Shown here in pieces: positions 9,708-18,696 of a stretch of 64,000 nucleotides of DNA. Position 1 is the first letter of the stretch. Each line of letters begins with the position of its first letter. Below the pieces are notes generated by a model. That model did not search any database. It was not told the DNA's origin and saw only the letters and a list, made by a program, of their open reading frames with translations. The DNA is taken from assembly GCA_965267575.1 (NCBI GenBank), contig OZ254086.1:2144001-2208000 (forward strand), read 5' to 3'. The stretch comes from Calditrichales bacterium (lineage in GTDB: Bacteria; Calditrichota; Calditrichia; Calditrichales; J004). The position numbers and the translations under genes were made by a program.

Positions 9708-11217
9708 TGATTCCCGCGAAGTTTCGTTAACCCAGCAGGTACGCTCGGGGGTTATCTGGACTATTCTTAGAACCCTTAGCAGCCAGGGTGCGCGTTTTAT
9801 TGGCTCCATAGTTCTTGCCCGTATTCTGTTTCCTGAAGACTTTGGTATTATGGGCATTGTTTTGCTTGTGACGCGTTTTGCTGAAAAGCTTGGCAATTTT
9901 GGGTTCACACAGATTCTTATTCAGCGCAAACTGATTGATGACGCGCATATCAGAACAACGTTTACGCTAAACCTGATAATCTCCGGCTTAACAACGGCGG
10001 CCATTTTTACTTTTGCGCCAGCCATTGGCGGTTTTGTTACCAGTGCTCAGGATAGTGGTTTTTTAACCAAAGTTATTGATATTCTGCGCGTCATCTCCGT
10101 TATCTTTTTAATTCACAGTTTCTACGCCGTCCCGAACTCTCTTCTTAAACGGGAGATGAAATTTAAGCAGGAATCTTTAGTCGGGATGGCCGGCGGAATA
10201 GTCAAGTTTCTCTCTCCTATTGGCTTTGCATTGGCGGGGTGGGGTGTTTGGAGCTTAGTCGTTGGGCATCTGCTGGGTGAATTGATTCAGGTAGTAATGT
10301 TTTACATAGTCACCCGGTGGACACCAAATCTGGGGATACGCAAGGAAGCTTTAAAGAATGTATTTTCTTTTGGGGTCTGGCTGAATATGTATTCCTACGT
10401 GCAGTACTTCTATAAGAATATCGATTACTTTTTTATAAGTAAATTTCTTGGATACACCGCGTTAGGCTTCTATGAACGCAGCTATAACCTGATGAACGCG
10501 CCAAGAAAACGGGTAAAGGATATGATCGGTGCCGTCTTGTTCTCCGCTTATTCCCGCATACAGGATGAAGATGAACGATTGAACTACGCCATGCGCAGGG
10601 TAATGTCCGCTGTTACTTTGGTTACTTTTCCGGTTATGATCTGGCTCATTTATGTATCGCCAAGCATTGTCCCGTTTTTATATGGCGATAAATGGTTTGA
10701 GAGTGTAACACCTTTACAGATTATGTCGGTTGCCGGTTTGCTGGAATCTGTTACAATGGTTTTTTATCCCGCATTTCTTGCAAAAGGACTCGCCAAAAAC
10801 CGGACCAAGGTGCATGCAATTGTTCTTGTCTTTCTTATTGCTGGTGTTTACTGGGCTGCCCGCTACAGCATAAATCATGTAGCATGGGCGGTAACGGCTT
10901 CTTCAGCCATAGGGCTTTTTATTAACGCCAATGAATACAGGCGTTTTTCCAGCTGGACGTGGAAAGACTTGTGGTTAGGTGTTAAACCGGCTTTGATTAC
11001 GGGTACAATAATGGCGGGTATGATGGGCATTGCCAACTACGGATTGCTTTTCTATCTCAAGGAAGACTCACCCATTATCTTATTCGTCCTCAGTGTTTTT
11101 GCTGCCCTATTGTTTTTCGCAACAATGGCAATTTTTAAATTTCCAGAATACAATGACGCCAAGGATATGGTGTTTCGGAGAAAAAAGAAGTTAAAGAAAA
11201 AAGTAAAGGCAGAATAA
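9697..11217 (+). CDS. wzx: Wzx-type oligosaccharide flippase (WzxC-like) #1
   Basis: LARILFPEDFG, GWGVWSLV, DYFFISKFLG..ALGFY; many TM helices. Confidence 0.9.
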   Translation: MSSNDSREVSLTQQVRSGVIWTILRTLSSQGARFIGSIVLARILFPEDFGIMGIVLLVTRFAEKLGNFGFTQILIQRKLIDDAHIRTTFTLNLIISGLTTAAIFTFAPAIGGFVTSAQDSGFLTKVIDILRVISVIFLIHSFYAVPNSLLKREMKFKQESLVGMAGGIVKFLSPIGFALAGWGVWSLVVGHLLGELIQVVMFYIVTRWTPNLGIRKEALKNVFSFGVWLNMYSYVQYFYKNIDYFFISKFLGYTALGFYERSYNLMNAPRKRVKDMIGAVLFSAYSRIQDEDERLNYAMRRVMSAVTLVTFPVMIWLIYVSPSIVPFLYGDKWFESVTPLQIMSVAGLLESVTMVFYPAFLAKGLAKNRTKVHAIVLVFLIAGVYWAARYSINHVAWAVTASSAIGLFINANEYRRFSSWTWKDLWLGVKPALITGTIMAGMMGIANYGLLFYLKEDSPIILFVLSVFAALLFFATMAIFKFPEYNDAKDMVFRRKKKLKKKVKAE

Positions 11218-12239
11218 TGCGCTCCGTTTTCAAAAAAGGACTTTACAAGGGAATAGACGCTGTAGGCCTTAACCGAAGTTATTTGCAGCGGCAACATCAC
11301 ATCGTTTTGATTCTGACTTATCATTCGGTCATACCTTATTCTGAAAAGTATAAACGTTTTGATTATCGAAATTGCGTGACCGATGAAAACTTTGATAAAC
11401 AGATACGCTTTTTGAAGCAGAATTACAACGTCGTCACAATGGATGAAGCCGTAGAAGCCATCCGAGAAAAAAACATCAATGAACGTCTTGCGGTTATAAC
11501 TTTTGACGATGGTTTCAGGAATAACTATTTGTATGCGCTTCCCGTTCTCAAAAAAAATAATGTGAGCGCCGTTTTTTATCTTGCGACCTCGTTTATTGGC
11601 AAAAAAGAAACACTTTGGACAGAGACGGTTAATCACCTTCTAACGGCTACCGGGGAACGCAGCATTGAACTTGAGATGAATGGCGCTGCCAGACGCTTCA
11701 ATCTGACCGGCCCGGCGCAAAAAGAAAAAGCATCAATCGAAATAAGAAACTATCTCAAGTTTAGCAGTGCTGAAGTGGAGGAAGACATACTTAATCAGTT
11801 GCAGGAGAAAATAAAAGATGTTTCCGATCCTGTCAGCTTCGATCCTGATCGTTATGCTTTTATGAGTTGGAGTGATGTGAATGAAATGGAAAAGTCCGGT
11901 ATGGAAATCGGTTCGCATACACATTCACACTTTACACTTAATATGCTGGATAAAAAGTCATCCTTTAAAGATATTGGCGACTCCAAAAAACAAATTGAAG
12001 AACACACGGATCATACCTGCAAACACTTTAGCTATCCAAACGGAGAAAAGGGAAATTTCCTGCCGCACCATTTTGAGCAGCTTAAAGAAACAGGCTTCGA
12101 TAGTGCCGTAACACAAATCAAAGGTCTTAACAGTTACAGCGATAACCTGTTTGCTCTAAAGAGAATCAATATCTCGGCAAAAATGGGCATGGAGGTTTTT
12201 AAATCTTATTGCAGCGGCACGTATGCTCTTATCCACTAG
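11217..12239 (+). CDS. Polysaccharide deacetylase (CE4/NodB)
   Basis: LTYH, ITFDDGF, GSHTHSH, FSYPNG. Confidence 0.9.
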   Translation: MRSVFKKGLYKGIDAVGLNRSYLQRQHHIVLILTYHSVIPYSEKYKRFDYRNCVTDENFDKQIRFLKQNYNVVTMDEAVEAIREKNINERLAVITFDDGFRNNYLYALPVLKKNNVSAVFYLATSFIGKKETLWTETVNHLLTATGERSIELEMNGAARRFNLTGPAQKEKASIEIRNYLKFSSAEVEEDILNQLQEKIKDVSDPVSFDPDRYAFMSWSDVNEMEKSGMEIGSHTHSHFTLNMLDKKSSFKDIGDSKKQIEEHTDHTCKHFSYPNGEKGNFLPHHFEQLKETGFDSAVTQIKGLNSYSDNLFALKRINISAKMGMEVFKSYCSGTYALIH

Positions 12240-13014
12240 CAGATTACTTCCGGACAAAACAGGTTTTCGGCAAGGGCTGCTAAAAAGTGCCGGAATAAGT
12301 AGAATACATATCGTCGGATGTGCCCGCTCCGGCACGACCATGTTGCACTATGCCATGGCGGCATTTGAAGATACAATCCTGTATGATAAAGAAATCTCTC
12401 CATGGACTTACCCGCAAACAATAGAGTGCCTGGGTTTGGCTGGAAAATATTTTTTAAAAAAGGGAAACCATAAACTTGTCAGCAAACGCAATGTGAGCTG
12501 GTGGAAAAAGGAACACCTGGAAAAGCTGATTGAATTTAAACAAAGATATGATCTCATATTAATCCATATCGTCCGTGATCCCCGCGACGTTCTAACCAGC
12601 CGTCATAAGTTAAGCAAAAACAAATTCTATTTAACTCCCGAAAAATGGCATGATAGTATTTCCGGCGGCTTAATGCTGGACGAAACGTTTGAAACGGATC
12701 CGCATTACCTGACGCTGAAGTATGAAGACGTTGTCTGTACGCCGCAAAAAGTGTTGCAAACTTTTAATCAAAAATTTGGCTTAACGCTCAACCCCATGGT
12801 TGAAGACTGGTCGCATTTGGCTAGCAATCTTTCGCGTCTAAAAGTAAAAGGGAAGATGGAAGCATATATGCACAAACTGCGTGATTTTGACCCTTCTACG
12901 ATAAGAAAATGGAAAAACGACATTAGTAAGAAAGAATACCTCGCCCGGCTTATGCAATCAGAGTACGGAAACTATATTGAAAATTTCCTAAATCGGTATA
13001 ATTACCCGGCATAA
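12223..13014 (+). CDS. PAPS-dependent sulfotransferase family protein
   Basis: 5'-PSB loop GCARSGTTML, 3'-PB motif IVRDPRDVLTS, KYED. Confidence 0.8.
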   Translation: MLLSTSRLLPDKTGFRQGLLKSAGISRIHIVGCARSGTTMLHYAMAAFEDTILYDKEISPWTYPQTIECLGLAGKYFLKKGNHKLVSKRNVSWWKKEHLEKLIEFKQRYDLILIHIVRDPRDVLTSRHKLSKNKFYLTPEKWHDSISGGLMLDETFETDPHYLTLKYEDVVCTPQKVLQTFNQKFGLTLNPMVEDWSHLASNLSRLKVKGKMEAYMHKLRDFDPSTIRKWKNDISKKEYLARLMQSEYGNYIENFLNRYNYPA

Positions 13015-13018
13015 TATC

Positions 13019-14035
13019 ATGGAATCCTCTCTTAACGGTTTTGATATAGACAAAGTACTTGAAGCGATGGCGGCCGAGAGAAGCATCAGAATCATTGAAT
13101 ATGCAATTCTTAATAGGGAAGAAAGGCCGTTTTCGGATGTTTTTAGGGTCCGTTTGAATATAGATAAGGACAGTAACGCTTTCGTTTTTATTAAGTATCT
13201 AAAAAGCCTGGCGCGGAATTCTAATAAAGAGGCTTTGAAAAAAAACTTTGAAACAACACAGTTCTGGTATAATAAGTTCAGGGACTCAAAACAGTTCAGG
13301 ACCATAGAGCCGCTGTATATCAATTATGAAAATTACGCGATTGTAACGCGGGAGAGTCCGGGATACGATCTTAACCGCTATATTGAACATTACGGCCAGT
13401 TTTTCCCACCCCTGCAAACCCAAAAAAAGATATATAAAAACCTTTATAATGTCGGCCAGTGGTTGTCCTATTTCCAATCCATACCGATTAACGGACGGGA
13501 ACAACCGCTTTCTTTGGAAGACATTCTCGATTATATCAATCTGCGCTTGGAGCGCATCGTCGAAAACTCAAAAATTGCTTTTAATGATAACCTCGCTGAA
13601 CGTATCAACGATTATATCAGAGCGCTTTGGACAGAGGTAAATGAGTCGGACAAAAAGCAATCTTATCTCCATTCCGATTTATCCCTTTCAAACATTCTTA
13701 TTCACCGCGATACAGTAACTGTTTTGGATTTTGGAAAAATTGAAACGGGATCTGTTTACAAGGATCTCACCCGGCTCTACCATCAGTTGATGTTGCTGGG
13801 ACACAAGCCAACCTTTTTGAAAGGCTTTCTGTCGAACCTCAAGGAAAACCTGCTGGCCGGATACGGCAATGTAAATGTCAGCCATAATCCACTTTTCAGG
13901 ATCTATTTGCTTACGCATATCATAAATCATTTTGGCAAAACGGCGCGCTTCTGGGAGCATAGTTTTACGGAGAATATTTATAATCGCTGGATCGTAAAAC
14001 GGACCCTCAAAGAGATTAAGGAATTCATCAGCTAA
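13019..14035 (+). CDS. APH/choline-kinase-like phosphotransferase
   Basis: FIK Lys, catalytic HSDLSLSNIL and LDFG motifs. Confidence 0.7.
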   Translation: MESSLNGFDIDKVLEAMAAERSIRIIEYAILNREERPFSDVFRVRLNIDKDSNAFVFIKYLKSLARNSNKEALKKNFETTQFWYNKFRDSKQFRTIEPLYINYENYAIVTRESPGYDLNRYIEHYGQFFPPLQTQKKIYKNLYNVGQWLSYFQSIPINGREQPLSLEDILDYINLRLERIVENSKIAFNDNLAERINDYIRALWTEVNESDKKQSYLHSDLSLSNILIHRDTVTVLDFGKIETGSVYKDLTRLYHQLMLLGHKPTFLKGFLSNLKENLLAGYGNVNVSHNPLFRIYLLTHIINHFGKTARFWEHSFTENIYNRWIVKRTLKEIKEFIS

Positions 14036-16296
14036 TGGCTCTGAAAACGAAGCTCAAAAAGATAATGCGAATGCCGCCCGGAGAGATTGCCTACCGGGTG
14101 AATGAGCAGTTGCGCATTCGCCGTGAAAAGAAAAATGCGGAAGAAGAACTCAGACTAGTGACATCCGCGGATTTCAATTTTTTTGAAAATAACGAACACT
14201 TTCGTTTGTTCCGATCCGGCCAAATCGATCAATTGCTTAAACAGTCTGATTTTTTCAGGCCTATTGCGCCGCTTCTTTCGTCGGAAGATGCCCGGACTTT
14301 TGAAAAGCAATTTCCCCGGTCGCTTAGAAAAAGCCTTGAACGCGCCGATCAGCTTTTGGAAAACAGATTCATCTTTCTCGGGGTTTCGTTTACCCTGCCC
14401 AAGCCCATTCCGTGGCAGAGCGATCCGCTTAGTTTGACCCCCTTCCCGGAAGGCTTTTACCGCAATATTGATATTTTTACCAATAAGAATCCCGGCGATA
14501 TAAAGCATGTCTGGGAAGTAAATCGACTTCAATTTCTTATTGAACTGGCTAAAGCTTATTTCATCAGCGGAGAAGAAAAATATAAAAAGCATTTTGATGA
14601 TCTGCTTCTCGACTGGGCGCGACAGAACCCATATAAACGCGGTGTAGCCTGGGCCAGCGCTCTTGAAGTAGGTGTACGTGCTGTCGCGCTGATCTGGTCG
14701 CTTCACTTTTACCGTTCCTGCCAAAACCCGGATAAGGAAGTACTAAAGACGCTTGTTTTTCAAATATACCTGGCACTGCGTTATCTCGATGAGAATTTAT
14801 CGATCTATTTCAGTCCCTATAATCATTTAATTGGTGAAGCTGCCGGGCTCTTTCTCGGCGGGTACGTTTTCCCCGGGTTTAAAAAAAGCGACATTTATGC
14901 TCAAAAGGCCTGGTCTATTTTGGAGGATCAGGCGGAAAAACAGTTTCATCCAGATGGAGGTTGCGTAGAGCAGGCCACGTTCTATCATCATTTTACGCTG
15001 GGCTTTTATCTGCAATCTGTTATTACCCGCCGCCTTAGCGGAGACGCTACATCGGAAAATGTGTTAAGGCGTATCAGTCAGGCCTTGCGTTTTGCAGGAT
15101 ATATGACAAAGCCCGACGGGCTACTCCCCTATATGGGTGACATTGATAATGCCCGTTCCATTTACTTTAGTGATCCTACCACCTGGGATTTTAAGGCTTT
15201 TCAGGCTTTGGGCGCATGGCTGTTTAAAGACACGCACATGAAGCAGATTGCCGGGTCCGGCGAAATGGAAGAACTGTTCTGGATGCTTGGCGCAAAAGGA
15301 ATTTCTGAATACGAGAAAATCGATACAAAGGTACCTGAAAAGACATCGATAAATTTAGAGGAATCGGGTTACGCTATTTTCAGAACTGGTTATGGGCCCG
15401 ATGACCATTACCTTCACATTGACTGCGGGCCGATTGCCCATGGCGTATTTCACGACGAAACCCCTTCCGCAGCACACGGTCATGCTGACGAACTTGCTGT
15501 AGAATTGGCGGTATTTGGTGAATCATTTTTAATAGATCCCGGTTTTGCCAATTACCGTGGTGACTTTGAAAGGCACTGCTATTTCCGCAGCACGGCCGCG
15601 CATAACACGGTTGAAATAAATGGCAAATCACAAGCTCAGCAGGGCGGCATTCTTGTGTGGAGCAAAGCGCCACGTTTAAAACGCCTGGAGTTTTTTGACG
15701 GGAAAAATATTAATGGTTTCGTTGGTGAGCATTATGGCTATATGACGGAGCCGGGCAGTCCGGTGCACCGGCGTTTTACGGCTGCAATAGATCAAAAGCT
15801 GTTTATTGTCTGGGACCATATTAGGGGTACGGATGCTACCGCGGATGTGAATGTGCATTGGCACTTTAATGACACAATCGCTTTAGAAAAGCAGGACGAA
15901 TTCTGGCAGGCCACAGGCAACAAGGCACGTCTTAAAATGTTCACGCTGACGAACCGGCAAATCACCGCTAAATTATCTAAAGGTGGCGACGCTATAGACG
16001 AAGGCTGGATTTCGCCGCTTTACCGCGATGTAAAGCCTGCGCCTCTGTTGAAACAGGCCTGTATGGCGAAACTGCCAATGGATATATGCACTATACTGCT
16101 GCCGGAAAAAATTGGCGAGGATTTAAAAACAAGCCTGGAAGATAATACCTTTAATGCCAAAATAGACAAAACGGATTACACCATTACGCGCAAGGAAGCG
16201 ACTCTTGAAATCTGGATAAATGGTGTAAAGACAGGGCAGCTAAACAACACATCAGAAAAAGACGATCACAAAAAGTGGTTTATGGAAACGGAGTAA
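14035..16296 (+). CDS. Heparinase II/III-family (polysaccharide lyase-like) protein, no signal peptide
   Basis: DIKHVWEVNRLQ, NP...W..ALEV..R, NHLIGE, QF..DG..EQ..YH, HGHAD.L, IDPG, STAAHNTV. Confidence 0.85.
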   Translation: MALKTKLKKIMRMPPGEIAYRVNEQLRIRREKKNAEEELRLVTSADFNFFENNEHFRLFRSGQIDQLLKQSDFFRPIAPLLSSEDARTFEKQFPRSLRKSLERADQLLENRFIFLGVSFTLPKPIPWQSDPLSLTPFPEGFYRNIDIFTNKNPGDIKHVWEVNRLQFLIELAKAYFISGEEKYKKHFDDLLLDWARQNPYKRGVAWASALEVGVRAVALIWSLHFYRSCQNPDKEVLKTLVFQIYLALRYLDENLSIYFSPYNHLIGEAAGLFLGGYVFPGFKKSDIYAQKAWSILEDQAEKQFHPDGGCVEQATFYHHFTLGFYLQSVITRRLSGDATSENVLRRISQALRFAGYMTKPDGLLPYMGDIDNARSIYFSDPTTWDFKAFQALGAWLFKDTHMKQIAGSGEMEELFWMLGAKGISEYEKIDTKVPEKTSINLEESGYAIFRTGYGPDDHYLHIDCGPIAHGVFHDETPSAAHGHADELAVELAVFGESFLIDPGFANYRGDFERHCYFRSTAAHNTVEINGKSQAQQGGILVWSKAPRLKRLEFFDGKNINGFVGEHYGYMTEPGSPVHRRFTAAIDQKLFIVWDHIRGTDATADVNVHWHFNDTIALEKQDEFWQATGNKARLKMFTLTNRQITAKLSKGGDAIDEGWISPLYRDVKPAPLLKQACMAKLPMDICTILLPEKIGEDLKTSLEDNTFNAKIDKTDYTITRKEATLEIWINGVKTGQLNNTSEKDDHKKWFMETE

Positions 16297-16305
16297 GGAG
16301 AACAA

Positions 16306-17376
16306 TTGGCTGAAGCAAAAACGAAGGTTCTGCAGATTTCATCTTATCCCCCGCCGCGCGCTGGGTGGGGTATGCGCATTTATTTTCTTAAACAGGTTAT
16401 GGAGTCTAAGGGCGACGTTTGTACTGTATTGAATATCGGTAAGGGACGTTTTATAACGGATGGTGATTTTCTGCCCACCCTGGGCGGAGTTGATTATGTG
16501 AAGAAGGTGTTGAAGCATCGTTTGAAAGGCTATGTGGTGCACATGCATTTAAATGGTGATTCGCCCAAAGGTTTTGTGCTCACAAGCCTGGCCCTGCTTA
16601 TCTCCTTGCTGACGTTCAGCAGGCCTATAATCACCTTTCACGCCGGGCCGGTTCAGAAGTACTTTCCGCAAAGCCAGGCGCCACAGCTAAACCTTCTATA
16701 CAAATTTATTTTCACGGTGCCCAGGCACATTATCTGCAATAATGAAGCGGTCAAAAAGAACATTGTGGGATACGGCGTTAATCCTGACAAGATAATCCCG
16801 ATACAGGCTTTCAGCCGCCAGTATCTCAATTTTGAAAAAGTGCAGCTTCCTGGGGAGACGGAGAAGTTTTTTAAAGACCACGATCCTGTTATTTGCAGCT
16901 ATGTTTTTTTCCGGCCGGAATTCTTTATCGAGGATATGATTCATTCAATTGCCAAAATGGTAAAAAAGTATCCGCGATTTGGTTTGATAATAATGGGATC
17001 CGATCGGGATTCTGAAGAGATAAAAGAGTTGGTAAAGGAACTGGGTATTCAGGACAATGTGCTGTTTGCCGGAGACCAGGACCATGATGCTTTTTTAACC
17101 ATCATGACCCGCTCGAAGCTTTATTTGAGAACGCCGGTAAAGGATGGAGTTTGCTCATCCGTTTTGGAAGCTTTGGCATTAAAAGTGCCGGTCGTCGGTT
17201 CGGAAAACGGCAGCCGCCCGCCGGGTGTGGTAAACTACAAAAATCAGGACCATGACGATCTGTGCGCCAAACTGGAATATGTTCTTGAGCATCATGAGGA
17301 AGTTGTGAAAAGTATTGTGCCGCCTGACATTAAAGATACTATCAAGGACGAAATCGCAGTGATCAGAAACGCATGA
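16306..17376 (+). CDS. GT4-like glycosyltransferase
   Basis: YPPP..GW, TFH, DGVCSSVLEALALKVPVV; AGGAG RBS before TTG. Confidence 0.8.
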   Translation: MAEAKTKVLQISSYPPPRAGWGMRIYFLKQVMESKGDVCTVLNIGKGRFITDGDFLPTLGGVDYVKKVLKHRLKGYVVHMHLNGDSPKGFVLTSLALLISLLTFSRPIITFHAGPVQKYFPQSQAPQLNLLYKFIFTVPRHIICNNEAVKKNIVGYGVNPDKIIPIQAFSRQYLNFEKVQLPGETEKFFKDHDPVICSYVFFRPEFFIEDMIHSIAKMVKKYPRFGLIIMGSDRDSEEIKELVKELGIQDNVLFAGDQDHDAFLTIMTRSKLYLRTPVKDGVCSSVLEALALKVPVVGSENGSRPPGVVNYKNQDHDDLCAKLEYVLEHHEEVVKSIVPPDIKDTIKDEIAVIRNA

Positions 17377-18542
17377 AGATTCTCTATCATCACCGGACTT
17401 TGGGTGACGGCGCTGAGGGCATTCACATTCAGTCGATTGTAAACTGCCTGCGTGAGCAGGGGCATGATGTTCGCGTTGCTTCACTGGTTGGGCAAAACAC
17501 GCAATTCCGCAGTTCACAGGAAGCCAAAGAATCAAAATGGGATAAAATAAAAAATATTATCCCAAAGCCGGTTTATGAGCTGGCAGAGATCGCTTACAAT
17601 CTCAAGGGCCTGCGGATGCTGATGAAGGAGATTGAAACCTTCGAGCCTGATATTATTTATGATCGCTACGCGCATTTTAGTTTTGCGGCATTATGGGCGG
17701 CATCAAAAGCAAAGTTACCGGTAATTCTCGAAGTAAACTCTCCCTATTCAATCCAGAAGCGGAAATACGAAAAACTCTATTTCCCCTGGCTTTCGCGCTA
17801 CGGTGAGTATAAGATTTTCCAAAAGGCACCGCGCATCATTGTTGTTTCTTCCCCTTTAAAACAGATTGTAGCAGATTATAATGTCGATGCAGGCAAGGTG
17901 ACGGTCCTGCCAAACGGCACCGACCCTGAGAGGTTTAACCCCGCACTGGATGCATCGGAGCTGCGCAAAGAGCTGGATATTGACGGAAAGACGGTTTTGG
18001 GTTTTGTTGGTATCCTGCGCAGCTGGCATAATATTGATAAGCTGATCAATGTACTAGAAGAGATTGATCTTGCGAAACAGAACGCGGTAATGCTTTTTTT
18101 GGGCGACGGGCCAAGCTATGATGAGTTGGTAGAATACAATCGCCGAAAGGGGCATGAAAAAACCGTGCGCTTTCTCGGACGCATCCCGCATGATCAGATC
18201 CAGAAATATATCGCCCTGTTTGATGTCGCCATCAGTCCGCATGCTACACCCTATTCTTCGCCGATGAAGATCCTTGAATACATGGCGATGGAAAAAGCGA
18301 TACTGGCGCCCGATATGCCCAATATTCGTGACATAATTACGCAGGGAGAAACGGGTATATTGTTTAAACCGGACAATGTAGAATCGCTGAAAGCTAACCT
18401 GCTTGAATTGATGAGCGATGCTGAAAACAGAAAGCGTCTTGGCAAAGATGCCCGCCAGGCAGTAACAGAGAAGTTTACCTGGTACAACAATGCGCGCACT
18501 ACCGCGGATATTGCGGAAGAGATGATCAAAACTGGCCGCTAG
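17373..18542 (+). CDS. GT4-family glycosyltransferase
   Basis: LEVNSP, PNGTDPERF, SPMKILEYMAM. Confidence 0.9.
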   Translation: MKILYHHRTLGDGAEGIHIQSIVNCLREQGHDVRVASLVGQNTQFRSSQEAKESKWDKIKNIIPKPVYELAEIAYNLKGLRMLMKEIETFEPDIIYDRYAHFSFAALWAASKAKLPVILEVNSPYSIQKRKYEKLYFPWLSRYGEYKIFQKAPRIIVVSSPLKQIVADYNVDAGKVTVLPNGTDPERFNPALDASELRKELDIDGKTVLGFVGILRSWHNIDKLINVLEEIDLAKQNAVMLFLGDGPSYDELVEYNRRKGHEKTVRFLGRIPHDQIQKYIALFDVAISPHATPYSSPMKILEYMAMEKAILAPDMPNIRDIITQGETGILFKPDNVESLKANLLELMSDAENRKRLGKDARQAVTEKFTWYNNARTTADIAEEMIKTGR

Positions 18543-18612
18543 CTTGTGCAAGAGTTGCTCATAGCTTTTTACAAGGGAAAGTTTAGCCTTAAGATAATCT
18601 GCGTTTTATATG

Positions 18613-18627
18613 TGGCACGTTATTTGT
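18613..18627 (+). promoter_or_regulatory. Putative sigma-54 (-24/-12) promoter
   Basis: TGGCAC-GTTAT-TTGT has the correct spacing and one mismatch at -12 (GT for GC). It lies in the only sizeable intergenic gap of the first cluster, 70 nt before the secreted lyase gene. Confidence 0.55.
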
Positions 18628-18696
18628 TTTAAATGACGGACCTGTAGCACATGTTTCGATTGTTGCAGCCTGTTTAAATTAAAAAATGAGGTTTAA